Shown here: one piece after another, positions 29,523 through 38,290 of the stretch | Layout of the letters: each line of letters starts with the position of its first letter | How positions within the stretch are numbered: position 1 is the first letter of the stretch | Origin: Eubacteriales bacterium | Lineage (GTDB): Bacteria; Bacillota; Clostridia; Oscillospirales; CAG-272 | Length of the DNA stretch: 64,000 nucleotides | Reading direction: 5' to 3' | Assembly: GCA_045578385.1 (NCBI GenBank) | Contig: JAZNKD010000005.1 | Span: forward strand, 11,159 to 75,158 | Position numbers and translations under genes: made by a program | The notes under the pieces: model-generated | The model's database searches: none | What the model saw: the letters and a program-made list of their open reading frames with translations, nothing else | What the model was told of the DNA's origin: nothing

Positions 29523-30968
29523 ATGACAGTCACACGATTCGCTCCCAGCCCCACAGGCTATATGCATATAGGTAATCTCAGAACGGCCCTTTATTCTTAT
29601 CTCATCGCAAAGCACGACGGCGGTAATTTTATTCTCAGAATCGAGGATACTGACAGAGAGCGACTTGTAGAAGGCGCTACCGACGTAATAAAATCAACGC
29701 TTGCAATAACCGGACTTGGATACGACGAAGGTCCCGACGTTGGCGGCGACCACGGACCTTACGTTCAGAGCGAACGTAAACCTATTTATATGGAGTACGC
29801 TAAAAAGCTTATAGAATCGGGACATGCCTATTACTGCTTCTGCACCAAAGAACGTCTTGAAGAACTTCATAGCGAAGATGCGCTCGGCGGTTACGACCGT
29901 CATTGCAGAAACCTTTCCAGCGAGGAAGTTGAAGAAAACCTTAGGAACGGTGTTCCTTTCGTTATCAGGCAGAAAATGCCTCTCGAAGGCACTACTTCGT
30001 ATTACGACTCCGTTTTCGGAGAGATTTCAATGAATAATTCCGAGCTTCAGGACCAGATTCTTATGAAGGCAGATGGATATCCTACTTACAACTTTGCTCA
30101 CGTCATTGACGACTATCTTATGGGTGTTACTCACGTTGTCAGAGGCTCCGAATATTTGACCTCAACCCCAAAATACGTTCTTCTTTACGATGCTTTCGGC
30201 TGGGAACGCCCGAATTACGTTCATCTTCCACTGCTTATGGGTAAAAATGCAGACGGAAGCGTTTCAAAGCTTTCTAAGCGTCATGGAGCAGTATCCTTCC
30301 AGGATCTCATTGAAGACGGCTACCTCCCCGAAGCAGTAGTTAATTACATTGCTTTACTCGGCTGGTGCCCAAAAAATTCCGAAAGCGAATTTTTCACGCT
30401 TGATGAGCTCAAATCGGTATTTACTATTGACGGAGTATCAAAATCCCCCGCAGTATTCGACTTTGAAAAGCTTCTTTGGTTCAACGGAGAATATATTCAC
30501 AAGCTTGAAGATGAAAAATTCCGCCCTCTTGCAGAAAAATTCATCAAAACCGAAATTCCTGCTAATATCAACAAAGATAAAATGTTCCTGTTGCTTAAAA
30601 CGAGAATTTCGAAGTTCACCGAGCTTGACGAGAAGATGGAATTCTTTATTTCACTTCCAGAATATCAATCCGAGTTATTCTACAATAAAAAGAACAAAAT
30701 CAATGATCTTGCGATAGTAAAAAAAATTTTAACTGTTGCAAAGGAAATACTTACAGACGTTGAATCGTTTGATAACGACAGCTTGTTCAACGCAATCCTG
30801 CCTTTGTCTGAGAAACTCGGTCTTAAAACCGGAGCTATTATGTGGTGTGTAAGAATTGCTGTTTCGGGCATGGCGGCAACTCCCGGCGGAGCTACCGAAA
30901 TAATGGAAGTTATCGGCAAGGATGAATCTCTTTCAAGAATAGAAAAAGCAATAGCTAAGCTCTGCTGA
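29523..30968 (+). CDS. gltX: Glutamate--tRNA ligase
   Basis: The HIGH motif appears as HIGNLRTAL and the KMSKS motif as KLSKRHG. The product is 481 aa. Confidence 0.95.
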   Translation: MTVTRFAPSPTGYMHIGNLRTALYSYLIAKHDGGNFILRIEDTDRERLVEGATDVIKSTLAITGLGYDEGPDVGGDHGPYVQSERKPIYMEYAKKLIESGHAYYCFCTKERLEELHSEDALGGYDRHCRNLSSEEVEENLRNGVPFVIRQKMPLEGTTSYYDSVFGEISMNNSELQDQILMKADGYPTYNFAHVIDDYLMGVTHVVRGSEYLTSTPKYVLLYDAFGWERPNYVHLPLLMGKNADGSVSKLSKRHGAVSFQDLIEDGYLPEAVVNYIALLGWCPKNSESEFFTLDELKSVFTIDGVSKSPAVFDFEKLLWFNGEYIHKLEDEKFRPLAEKFIKTEIPANINKDKMFLLLKTRISKFTELDEKMEFFISLPEYQSELFYNKKNKINDLAIVKKILTVAKEILTDVESFDNDSLFNAILPLSEKLGLKTGAIMWCVRIAVSGMAATPGGATEIMEVIGKDESLSRIEKAIAKLC

Positions 30969-31004
30969 CTTTTAAAAAAATAAAAAATCTCTGCGAGGCA
31001 AAAA

Positions 31005-31862
31005 ATGGCATTTGATATCTCGGAAAAAATCAGAAATTATTTCCCTACATTCTCAAAAAGTCAAAAGAAAATTGCAGCGGCGATTATCAGCGATTATGAT
31101 AAAGTTGCGTATATGACAGCTTCAAAACTCGGAAGATTCGTTGGCGTTTCTGAATCCACTGTAGTAAGATTTGCCACAGAACTGGGTTATCTCGGATATG
31201 CCGATTTTCAAAAGGCGGTGCAAGAGCTTGTCAGAGCTAAACTTACGCCTAATCAACGAATCGAAATCACCAAGCGAAGAATGTCACGCGGTAATATTCT
31301 TGAAAACGTTGCGGATTCAGATATAGCTAAGATAAGAACTACATTTGATAGGCTTAATAAAGAGGATTTTTACAACTCGATCGATGCCATTCTATCCGCT
31401 AAACGAATCTACGTTATGGGCGCAAGGAGCTCAGAGCCTCTCGCTATGGTTTTGAATTACAATCTTTCTTTGATTTTTGATAATATTACTCTTGTTGCGC
31501 CAAAATCTACGGCGGAAGTCTTCGAGCAAATGTTTTCGATTGGCGAAAATGACATTTTAATTGCCTTTTCTTTCCCACGCTATTCTTCAAAAATGGTTAA
31601 CGCGGTAAGATTTGCTAAGCAAAATAAAGCAAAAGTAATTGTTTTTACAGATTCATCTCAATCACCTCTTGCGGATCATGCAACTTATCTTCTGACAGCC
31701 CAGAGCGATATGGCATCATTTATGGATTCGCTTGTCGCTCCTATCAGTATTATAAACGCTATAATCGTTGAAATAACGTCACGTCGCGAGAGGCGAATTC
31801 GCGATAGGTTTGACAGGCTGGAAAAAATTTGGGACGAATACAACGTATATACTAAAAAATGA
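31005..31862 (+). CDS. MurR/RpiR family transcriptional regulator
   Basis: An N-terminal HTH_6 region (LGRFVGVSESTVVRFATELGY) is followed by a C-terminal SIS domain. Confidence 0.85.
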   Translation: MAFDISEKIRNYFPTFSKSQKKIAAAIISDYDKVAYMTASKLGRFVGVSESTVVRFATELGYLGYADFQKAVQELVRAKLTPNQRIEITKRRMSRGNILENVADSDIAKIRTTFDRLNKEDFYNSIDAILSAKRIYVMGARSSEPLAMVLNYNLSLIFDNITLVAPKSTAEVFEQMFSIGENDILIAFSFPRYSSKMVNAVRFAKQNKAKVIVFTDSSQSPLADHATYLLTAQSDMASFMDSLVAPISIINAIIVEITSRRERRIRDRFDRLEKIWDEYNVYTKK

Positions 31863-33103
31863 GTGAAAACACGTATATAAATAAAAAAATTGCAGTAATA
31901 GGCGGAGGTCCTGCAGGCATGATGGCCGCAGGAACTGCTTCAAGCATGGGGGCTTCGGTAACAATATTCGAACAGACCGACAGACTCGGGAAAAAGCTTG
32001 CGATTACAGGAAAAGGAAGATGCAACGTTACAAATAATTGTTCCGTAAATGATTTTCTTGAAAACGTTACGAAAAATCCGCGTTTTTTATACACATCTCT
32101 CTATGCTTTTCCGCCCGAAAAAACCATAGAATTTTTTGAAGAACTCGGAGTTGAGCTTAAAACCGAACGCGGTAACAGAGTTTTTCCCGCAGATGACAAA
32201 GCTAAAACCATAGTTGACGCTATGAAAAAATACGCTTCTGCCGCAAAAACGGTTTACGAAAAAGTTACATCAATAACCGTTAATAAGAACTGTGGATTTA
32301 CATTGAAAACCGATAAATTATACAATTTTGACTCTGTAATAATCGCTACAGGGGGAAAATCCTATCCCAAAACAGGTTCTGACGGTTCAGGCTACCGTCT
32401 TGCTATGAAGCTCGGTCATTCGGTTACAGAGCTTAAGCCTTCTCTCATTCCTATCGAATCGAAGGATAAAATCTGTTCCAAAATGATGGGATTATCTCTA
32501 AAAAACGTAACCGTTAAAATTCTGGATTCAAACGGAAAGACATTGTATACGGATTTTGGAGAAATGATGTTTACTCATTTTGGAGTAACAGGTCCAATCA
32601 TTCTTTCCGCTTCGGCTCGCATAAAAGACTATGATATTTCGAATTTAAGTTTATCAATAGATCTTAAACCTGCGTTAGATGAAAAAACGCTCGACGCAAG
32701 GCTGCTTTCGGATTTTAAGAATAATGCAAATAAAGATTTTGTAAACTCGCTTTCCGCCTTGCTTCCTTCTAAAATGATATCACCCTTTATAGAAAGGACA
32801 GGTATTCCTCCTCACAAAAAGATAAACTCTATAACGAAAGAAGAACGCTACAAAATTTTATTAACGTTAAAAGATTTCAGAATAAAGCTTCACAGCCTGC
32901 GCCCTATTGATGAAGCAATCGTTACTTCCGGTGGCATTGAAGTTAAAGAAATAAATCCAAAAACAATGGAATCAAAAATTATCCCCGGACTTTATTTTGC
33001 CGGAGAAATTATAGACGTCGATGCTTATACAGGCGGCTTCAATCTGCAAATAGCATATTCAACCGGATTTATCGCAGGAAAAAATGCGGCAGAAATTAAT
33101 TAA
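31859..33103 (+). CDS. HI0933/YhiN-family FAD-binding oxidoreductase
   Basis: The product has a GGGPAGMMAAG dinucleotide motif, a GRCNVTN motif and a C-terminal GEIIDVDAYTGGFNLQ motif. Confidence 0.8.
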   Translation: MSENTYINKKIAVIGGGPAGMMAAGTASSMGASVTIFEQTDRLGKKLAITGKGRCNVTNNCSVNDFLENVTKNPRFLYTSLYAFPPEKTIEFFEELGVELKTERGNRVFPADDKAKTIVDAMKKYASAAKTVYEKVTSITVNKNCGFTLKTDKLYNFDSVIIATGGKSYPKTGSDGSGYRLAMKLGHSVTELKPSLIPIESKDKICSKMMGLSLKNVTVKILDSNGKTLYTDFGEMMFTHFGVTGPIILSASARIKDYDISNLSLSIDLKPALDEKTLDARLLSDFKNNANKDFVNSLSALLPSKMISPFIERTGIPPHKKINSITKEERYKILLTLKDFRIKLHSLRPIDEAIVTSGGIEVKEINPKTMESKIIPGLYFAGEIIDVDAYTGGFNLQIAYSTGFIAGKNAAEIN

Positions 33104-33114
33104 AGGAGAATGAA

Positions 33115-34428
33115 ATGATAAGAATAGCAGTTGACGGTCCCGGCGGCGCCGGAAAATCAAGCGTCGCTAAGGCTGTTGCAAAAAAGCTTGGAATAATATA
33201 CGTTGACACCGGTGCCCTATATCGTACTATCGGTGTATATATGTTGAAGCACGGAATCGACCCTTCGGATGAAGCAAACGTTTCGGCAAGCTTACCGAAT
33301 CTTAACCTCGAACTTAAATTTCTTGACGGAAGCCAAGTTATCCTATTGAACGGAAACAAGGTAGGTGACGAAATAAGAACGCCCGAGGCTTCTATGGCTG
33401 CATCAGCAGTCAGCGCACTTGCTCCGGTACGTGAATTCTTATTGATGACACAAAGAAATATCGCCGAGAGCAACAGCGTTATTATGGACGGACGCGATAT
33501 TGGAACGGTGATTCTTCCCCACGCGGAAGTAAAGATATTTCTTACGGCAAGCCCTGATGCCAGAGCCAAAAGACGATTTGCAGAGCTTACGGCTAAGGGT
33601 ATAGACACTTCTTACGAGAAAGTTTACTCGGAAATGGTTGAGCGTGATAAAAACGATTCAACGAGAGTCCTTGCGCCTTGCGTTCCTGCCGATGATGCTG
33701 TAATGCTTGATAATTCAGAGCTTACACCGGAAGGTACGGTTAACGCCGTTCTTAAAATAGTAGAAAAAGAGTGCAGGTTTCGAAAAAAAAAATTTAATCC
33801 GTTTTACAGAGTTTGCAGAGTAATTATAAGCGTTATTATGCGTCTGACTATGCGGATTAAAGTAACCGGCAAAGAAAACATTCCATCATCCGGCGGAGTA
33901 GTTCTATGCGCAAACCATATAGGAATACGCGACGTGTTTCTTATTGGAATTACCTATCCGAGACAGCTTTTCTTCCTCTCGAAAAAAGAATGGTTTAAAT
34001 ATCCCGTAATGAGCTCGGTTATGAGAGCTTGGGGTGCTATACCTCTTGACAGAGGCGGAAAAGACGTAGGCGCTCTGAAAAATGCCGTAACTGTCGCAAG
34101 AAAAGGAAAAACCTTAGCACTTTTCCCTCAAGGCACCAGAAGACCGGGTATAAATCCGAGAGAAACTTCGGTAAAGAGCGGCGCAGGAATGATTGCTTAC
34201 CATTCTCACGCGGATATGCTGCCCGTCTGCATAAAAACGAATGGTGTAAAGTATCGCTTTATGCGCAAAATTGAGATAATATACGGAAAACCTATTAAAT
34301 ATTCGGAAATGGGATTTGATCGAGGCAACGTTGCGGAATTTAAGCACGCTACAAATTTAGCCTTTAATGCTATATGCAATCTTGGCGGATACAATTCTCT
34401 GCCCGAGGCTTCAAATGAGGAATCTTAA
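33115..34428 (+). CDS. cmk: Fusion protein of cytidylate kinase and a 1-acyl-sn-glycerol-3-phosphate acyltransferase-like domain
   Basis: The N-terminal half is Cmk (IAVDGPGGAGKSS, DGRDIGT). The C-terminal half is PlsC-like (ANHIGIRD as the NHxxxxD motif, FPQGTRR). The two halves are joined at an A10 run (33783-33792). Confidence 0.85.
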   Translation: MIRIAVDGPGGAGKSSVAKAVAKKLGIIYVDTGALYRTIGVYMLKHGIDPSDEANVSASLPNLNLELKFLDGSQVILLNGNKVGDEIRTPEASMAASAVSALAPVREFLLMTQRNIAESNSVIMDGRDIGTVILPHAEVKIFLTASPDARAKRRFAELTAKGIDTSYEKVYSEMVERDKNDSTRVLAPCVPADDAVMLDNSELTPEGTVNAVLKIVEKECRFRKKKFNPFYRVCRVIISVIMRLTMRIKVTGKENIPSSGGVVLCANHIGIRDVFLIGITYPRQLFFLSKKEWFKYPVMSSVMRAWGAIPLDRGGKDVGALKNAVTVARKGKTLALFPQGTRRPGINPRETSVKSGAGMIAYHSHADMLPVCIKTNGVKYRFMRKIEIIYGKPIKYSEMGFDRGNVAEFKHATNLAFNAICNLGGYNSLPEASNEES

Positions 34429-36494
34429 TGATTAACGTATCAAAAAATGCTGGATTTTGTCCCGGTGTCAAAAGAGCTGATATTGCTGTAAGAAACCTTG
34501 TAAAAAACCGTGCTGATAATGAAATAATATACACCTTTGGTGAGCTTATACACAACAGCATATATACTCGCGAGCTAGCGGATCTTGGTGTAAAATCAGT
34601 TACTTACGATGAAATCGAAAAATTTATTATCAGCGATACGAGCAGTGCCCATACTCTTGTGATAAGAACGCACGGAATTACTTTTGAGCAACAGAAAAAA
34701 CTTATAGCACTTTCCGAGAAATACAGCAATTTCAGAATAATTGATATGACGTGTCCTTCGGTAAAAAAGATTCACAAAATTGCAGGGGAAAACACGTCCG
34801 AAAACACCTGTTTTATTCTGTTCTGCAAGGAAACTCATCCCGAAGCGATTGGAATTATGAGCTATGCAAAAGGGGAAAAATATACGATTCGCTCGCCTGA
34901 GGACCTCGAAAAAATTGATTTTTCTGAAAAAGTTCCCATATTATGTTCTCAAACAACAGAAAATTTAGATGTTTTTGCAAAAATCAAAAAAAATTTAAAA
35001 AACCTATGTACAAATGCAATTTTTTTTGATACAATATGTAGTGTCACTGAAAATCGTCAGAAAGAAGCAATAGAAATTGCAAAGAACTCCGATGCGATGA
35101 TAGTTATAGGCGGAAAAGAAAGTTCAAATACGCGTAAGCTTTATGAGTTATGTGTAAAGCAATGTCCTGATACCGTCTGGATTGAGTCTGCAAAGGACTT
35201 GTTAGCTGATTTTCCTGACCCCGCAAAATGCGTAGGAATAACCGCAGGCGCTTCCACACCTGACGGTATAATAACGGAGGTTATAAAAAAAGTTATGGAA
35301 AACAAAGAATTGGACTTCGAGTCACTCCTCGAAGACACACTCAAAACTTTACATACAGGAGATACAGTTAACGGTATAGTTTGCACTATCGGCGACAATG
35401 AGATCAAGCTTGATCTTGGCGTTAAAGTTACCGGCGTTCTTACAAAAGAACAGATTACCGACGACCCCAATGCAAATCTCCGCGATATGTTTAAGGTTGG
35501 AGATGAGGTTGCCGTATTCGTAATCAGAGTTGACGACAAGGCAGGTCTCGCTACCGTATCTAAGAAAAGAGTTGATGCTGATAACAGCTGGGTTGTTCTT
35601 AAGGAAGCTCACGATAACGGCGAAATTCTTGAAGGTAAGGTAGTATCCGCAAATAAAGGCGGTGTTATAGTATCGGCACTTAACAGCTCTATTTTCGTTC
35701 CCGCATCTCAGACCGGTGTAGCTAAGGGCGCAGACTTCTCTGTTCTCGTTGGAACAACTCAGAAAGTAAAGATTATTGAGTTTGATACTGTAAAGAAAAA
35801 GGCTCTCGGTTCCATCAAGGTTGTACTCAATGCCGAGAAGAAGGCGCGCGAAGATGCAATCTGGGCAACTCTTGAGGTTGGCAATCACTATACAGGTACC
35901 GTTAAGAATCTTACAACTTACGGTGCATTCGTAGATATCGGCGGTGTTGACGGTATGGTTCATAACACCGAGCTTTCCTGGAGAAAGATTAAGCATCCTT
36001 CTCAGGTTGTTTCAGTTGGACAGGTTATTGAAGTATTCATCAAAGAGCTTGACGTTGAAAAGAGAAGAATTTCTCTTGGTTACAAGACCGAGGAAATGGA
36101 CGTTTGGTATCAGTTCGTTAAGGTTCACGAGGTTGGTGACATCGTTCCCGCTAAGATAGTTTCGCTCACTCCTTTCGGTGCTTTCGCAGAAGTTAGCGAG
36201 GGGGTTGACGGTCTTATACACATTTCCGCTATATCTACCCAGAGAATTACTGCTCCTTCCGACGTTCTAAACATCGGTGACGTTGTTGACGTTAAGATTA
36301 TTAACATTGATGACGAAAATCGTAAGCTTTCCCTTTCTATCCGCGCTATCACCGAAGCTGCTGAAAAGGCTGCTGCCGCAGAAGCTCGCGCAGCTGAACT
36401 CGCTGCTAAGAAAGCTGAAGAAGAGGAAGAAGCTAAAAGACTTGAGGAAGAAAGAGCTGCTATGGCTCCCTACATTGTAGGTTCAATAGACTAA
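34428..36494 (+). CDS. ispH: Bifunctional 4-hydroxy-3-methylbut-2-enyl diphosphate reductase and ribosomal protein S1-like
   Basis: The N-terminal ~280 aa are IspH/LytB ([13 protein letters not shown]). The C-terminal part has four S1 OB-fold repeats (GxV..l...GafV) and an Ala/Glu-rich tail. This fusion is well known in Clostridia. Confidence 0.9.
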   Translation: MINVSKNAGFCPGVKRADIAVRNLVKNRADNEIIYTFGELIHNSIYTRELADLGVKSVTYDEIEKFIISDTSSAHTLVIRTHGITFEQQKKLIALSEKYSNFRIIDMTCPSVKKIHKIAGENTSENTCFILFCKETHPEAIGIMSYAKGEKYTIRSPEDLEKIDFSEKVPILCSQTTENLDVFAKIKKNLKNLCTNAIFFDTICSVTENRQKEAIEIAKNSDAMIVIGGKESSNTRKLYELCVKQCPDTVWIESAKDLLADFPDPAKCVGITAGASTPDGIITEVIKKVMENKELDFESLLEDTLKTLHTGDTVNGIVCTIGDNEIKLDLGVKVTGVLTKEQITDDPNANLRDMFKVGDEVAVFVIRVDDKAGLATVSKKRVDADNSWVVLKEAHDNGEILEGKVVSANKGGVIVSALNSSIFVPASQTGVAKGADFSVLVGTTQKVKIIEFDTVKKKALGSIKVVLNAEKKAREDAIWATLEVGNHYTGTVKNLTTYGAFVDIGGVDGMVHNTELSWRKIKHPSQVVSVGQVIEVFIKELDVEKRRISLGYKTEEMDVWYQFVKVHEVGDIVPAKIVSLTPFGAFAEVSEGVDGLIHISAISTQRITAPSDVLNIGDVVDVKIINIDDENRKLSLSIRAITEAAEKAAAAEARAAELAAKKAEEEEEAKRLEEERAAMAPYIVGSID

Positions 36495-36496
36495 CT

Positions 36497-36877
36497 ATGA
36501 AAATTGCTTTAATTGCACACGATAAAAAGAAGAACGATATAATAGAGCTTGCAAAAAAATATAAAGACGTTCTCGCAAATCACGTGCTTTATGCTACGGG
36601 AACAACCGGAACGCTTATAATGGGCGAAACCGGACTTCCGATCAACCGTATGAAAAGCGGTCCTCTTGGCGGAGACCAGCAGATCGGCGCTATGCTTGCG
36701 AACGGTGAACTGAATTTAATTATATTTCTACGCGATCCTCTTACTGCTCAACCTCATGAGCCTGATGTATCGGCACTTTTAAGGCTGTGCGATGTTCAAA
36801 GCATTCCCTTGGCTACGAACGTAAGTAGCGCAATAATAATGCTTGAGGCAATAAGAAATAATATTTACTTTAATTAA
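36497..36877 (+). CDS. mgsA: Methylglyoxal synthase
   Basis: The 126-aa product carries [18 protein letters not shown] and [11 protein letters not shown]. Confidence 0.9.
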   Translation: MKIALIAHDKKKNDIIELAKKYKDVLANHVLYATGTTGTLIMGETGLPINRMKSGPLGGDQQIGAMLANGELNLIIFLRDPLTAQPHEPDVSALLRLCDVQSIPLATNVSSAIIMLEAIRNNIYFN

Positions 36878-36882
36878 GTCAA

Positions 36883-36911
36883 AACGGACGTGGTTTTTAA
36901 CCACGGCCGTT
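36883..36911 (+). terminator. Probable intrinsic terminator after mgsA
   Basis: The stem aacggacgtgg pairs with ccacggccgtt with one A/G mismatch and is followed by a T-rich tract (ttcttat). Confidence 0.55.
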
Positions 36912-37160
36912 TCTTATAAAATTATCTCACAGCAACATATTGATTTATTATACGTCACTTCGAAATTATGCCGAAAAACACACTTTCTTATCAATCTGAC
37001 TTTTTTGATTCAATCCGCCGTTTTTACTGCTTAACCGTTTATATCAATCAAAAATTATTGTATCACAAATCATCGGAAAATTTAATACTTTTTAAAATAT
37101 ATATTAATCTTGTATTTTGGATAAATTTGTGCTAGAATTTATTCTATGAGAGGTGATTAT

Positions 37161-37619
37161 ATGAAACATACGACTGTTTGCTACATAGAAAAAGATAATT
37201 CATATCTTATGCTTCATCGAATCAAAAAGGAGAATGATGAAAACAAAGATAAATGGATAGGTATAGGCGGTAAGCTTGAAAATGGCGAATCCCCTTTTGA
37301 CTGCGTCAGACGCGAGGTTTATGAAGAAGTTGGGCTGAAGCTTAATTCTATTCGTTACGCAGGATTTATTACATTTGTTTCAAACATTTTTGGAACAGAA
37401 TATATGCATCTTTTTTATTCAGACGATTTTTCGGGAGAACTAAACAACGACTGCAACGAGGGCATTCCCTGTTGGGTGAAAAAAAGCGAAATCAAAAATC
37501 TTCCTATATGGGAGGGCGATAAAATATTTTTGCAATTACTTGAGACTGAGAGGCGATTTTTCTCTCTCAAATTTGAATATAACGAAGATAAATTGATATC
37601 TCACACTCTTGAATTTTAA
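37161..37619 (+). CDS. Nudix hydrolase (MutT-like)
   Basis: The Nudix box is GGKLENGESPFDCVRREVYEEVGL. The start is taken at ATG 37161, after an AGAGGTG Shine-Dalgarno sequence. The TGcTAGAAT at 37130-38 is a plausible extended -10. Confidence 0.85.
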   Translation: MKHTTVCYIEKDNSYLMLHRIKKENDENKDKWIGIGGKLENGESPFDCVRREVYEEVGLKLNSIRYAGFITFVSNIFGTEYMHLFYSDDFSGELNNDCNEGIPCWVKKSEIKNLPIWEGDKIFLQLLETERRFFSLKFEYNEDKLISHTLEF

Positions 37620-37621
37620 CT

Positions 37622-37698
37622 AAAATAGGCTGCTCTTTTATGAATTCAACAAAACGACTGTAATGTGTTTGATAAATTCTTAATCGAGCAGCCTATTT
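37622..37698. terminator. Long-loop inverted repeat between the convergent Nudix and DUF45 genes, a possible bidirectional terminator
   Basis: A 13-bp perfect stem, aaataggctgctc (37623-35) pairing with gagcagcctattt (37686-98), encloses a 50-nt loop and is flanked by A and T residues. The loop is far longer than in canonical terminators. Confidence 0.35.
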
Positions 37699-37699
37699 A

Positions 37700-38212
37700 T
37701 TATTTTGTTTTTAGCAATTTTTTACGATCTTTGTAATCGGGAAGATACTTTTCAACTATTGAGTAAAATGCTTTCGAATGATTCATTTCCACAAGATGCG
37801 CAAGCTCGTGCACAACTACGTACTCTCTCGCTCTTTCGGGATATAACATCAGCAAGTACGAAAAGCTTATATTTTTATTTGATGAACAAGAGCCAAAGCG
37901 TTTTTTTGCCGAAGTAATCGTAATGCGATTATACGACAGATTCATAATTTTAGAATATCGCTCACAAAGTGCTGTGATATATATACGCGCCTGCCGTTTC
38001 AAGAGCTTAATTTCGGACTCGCTGAGAAATTCGTACTTTTCTCTTTTTGTTTTTTCTCTTTCCAGTGCTTTTTCTATCCACTCTCGATGCTTTTCAACTA
38101 TTGATTTTATTTCACATTTAGCTATACCCTTAGGAGCTTTGACTATAATGCGCCCATTTTCTATTTTTATGGCAACAGTTTTTCTTTTTGAGTATATTAC
38201 CTCGAAGTCCAT
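37700..38212 (-). CDS. YgjP-like (DUF45) zinc metallopeptidase-fold protein
   Basis: An HExxH motif appears in the context VVVHELAHLVEMNHS, and the product has a lysine-rich N-terminal half. Confidence 0.75.
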   Translation of the reverse strand: MDFEVIYSKRKTVAIKIENGRIIVKAPKGIAKCEIKSIVEKHREWIEKALEREKTKREKYEFLSESEIKLLKRQARIYITALCERYSKIMNLSYNRITITSAKKRFGSCSSNKNISFSYLLMLYPERAREYVVVHELAHLVEMNHSKAFYSIVEKYLPDYKDRKKLLKTK

Positions 38213-38290
38213 ATTCTCTCCAACACTTCTTATTTGAAATAGATTTTATCATACATTTATCTTATTGTAAAGTACCTATCTCGAAAAATG

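Noticed and set aside
36968-37135. A 55-codon ORF (MPKNTLSYQSDFF...) lies in the 280-bp gap between mgsA and the Nudix gene.
   Set aside because: It has no Shine-Dalgarno sequence and an implausible composition, and it runs through the likely Nudix promoter (TGcTAGAAT at 37130-38). It is probably a chance ORF.
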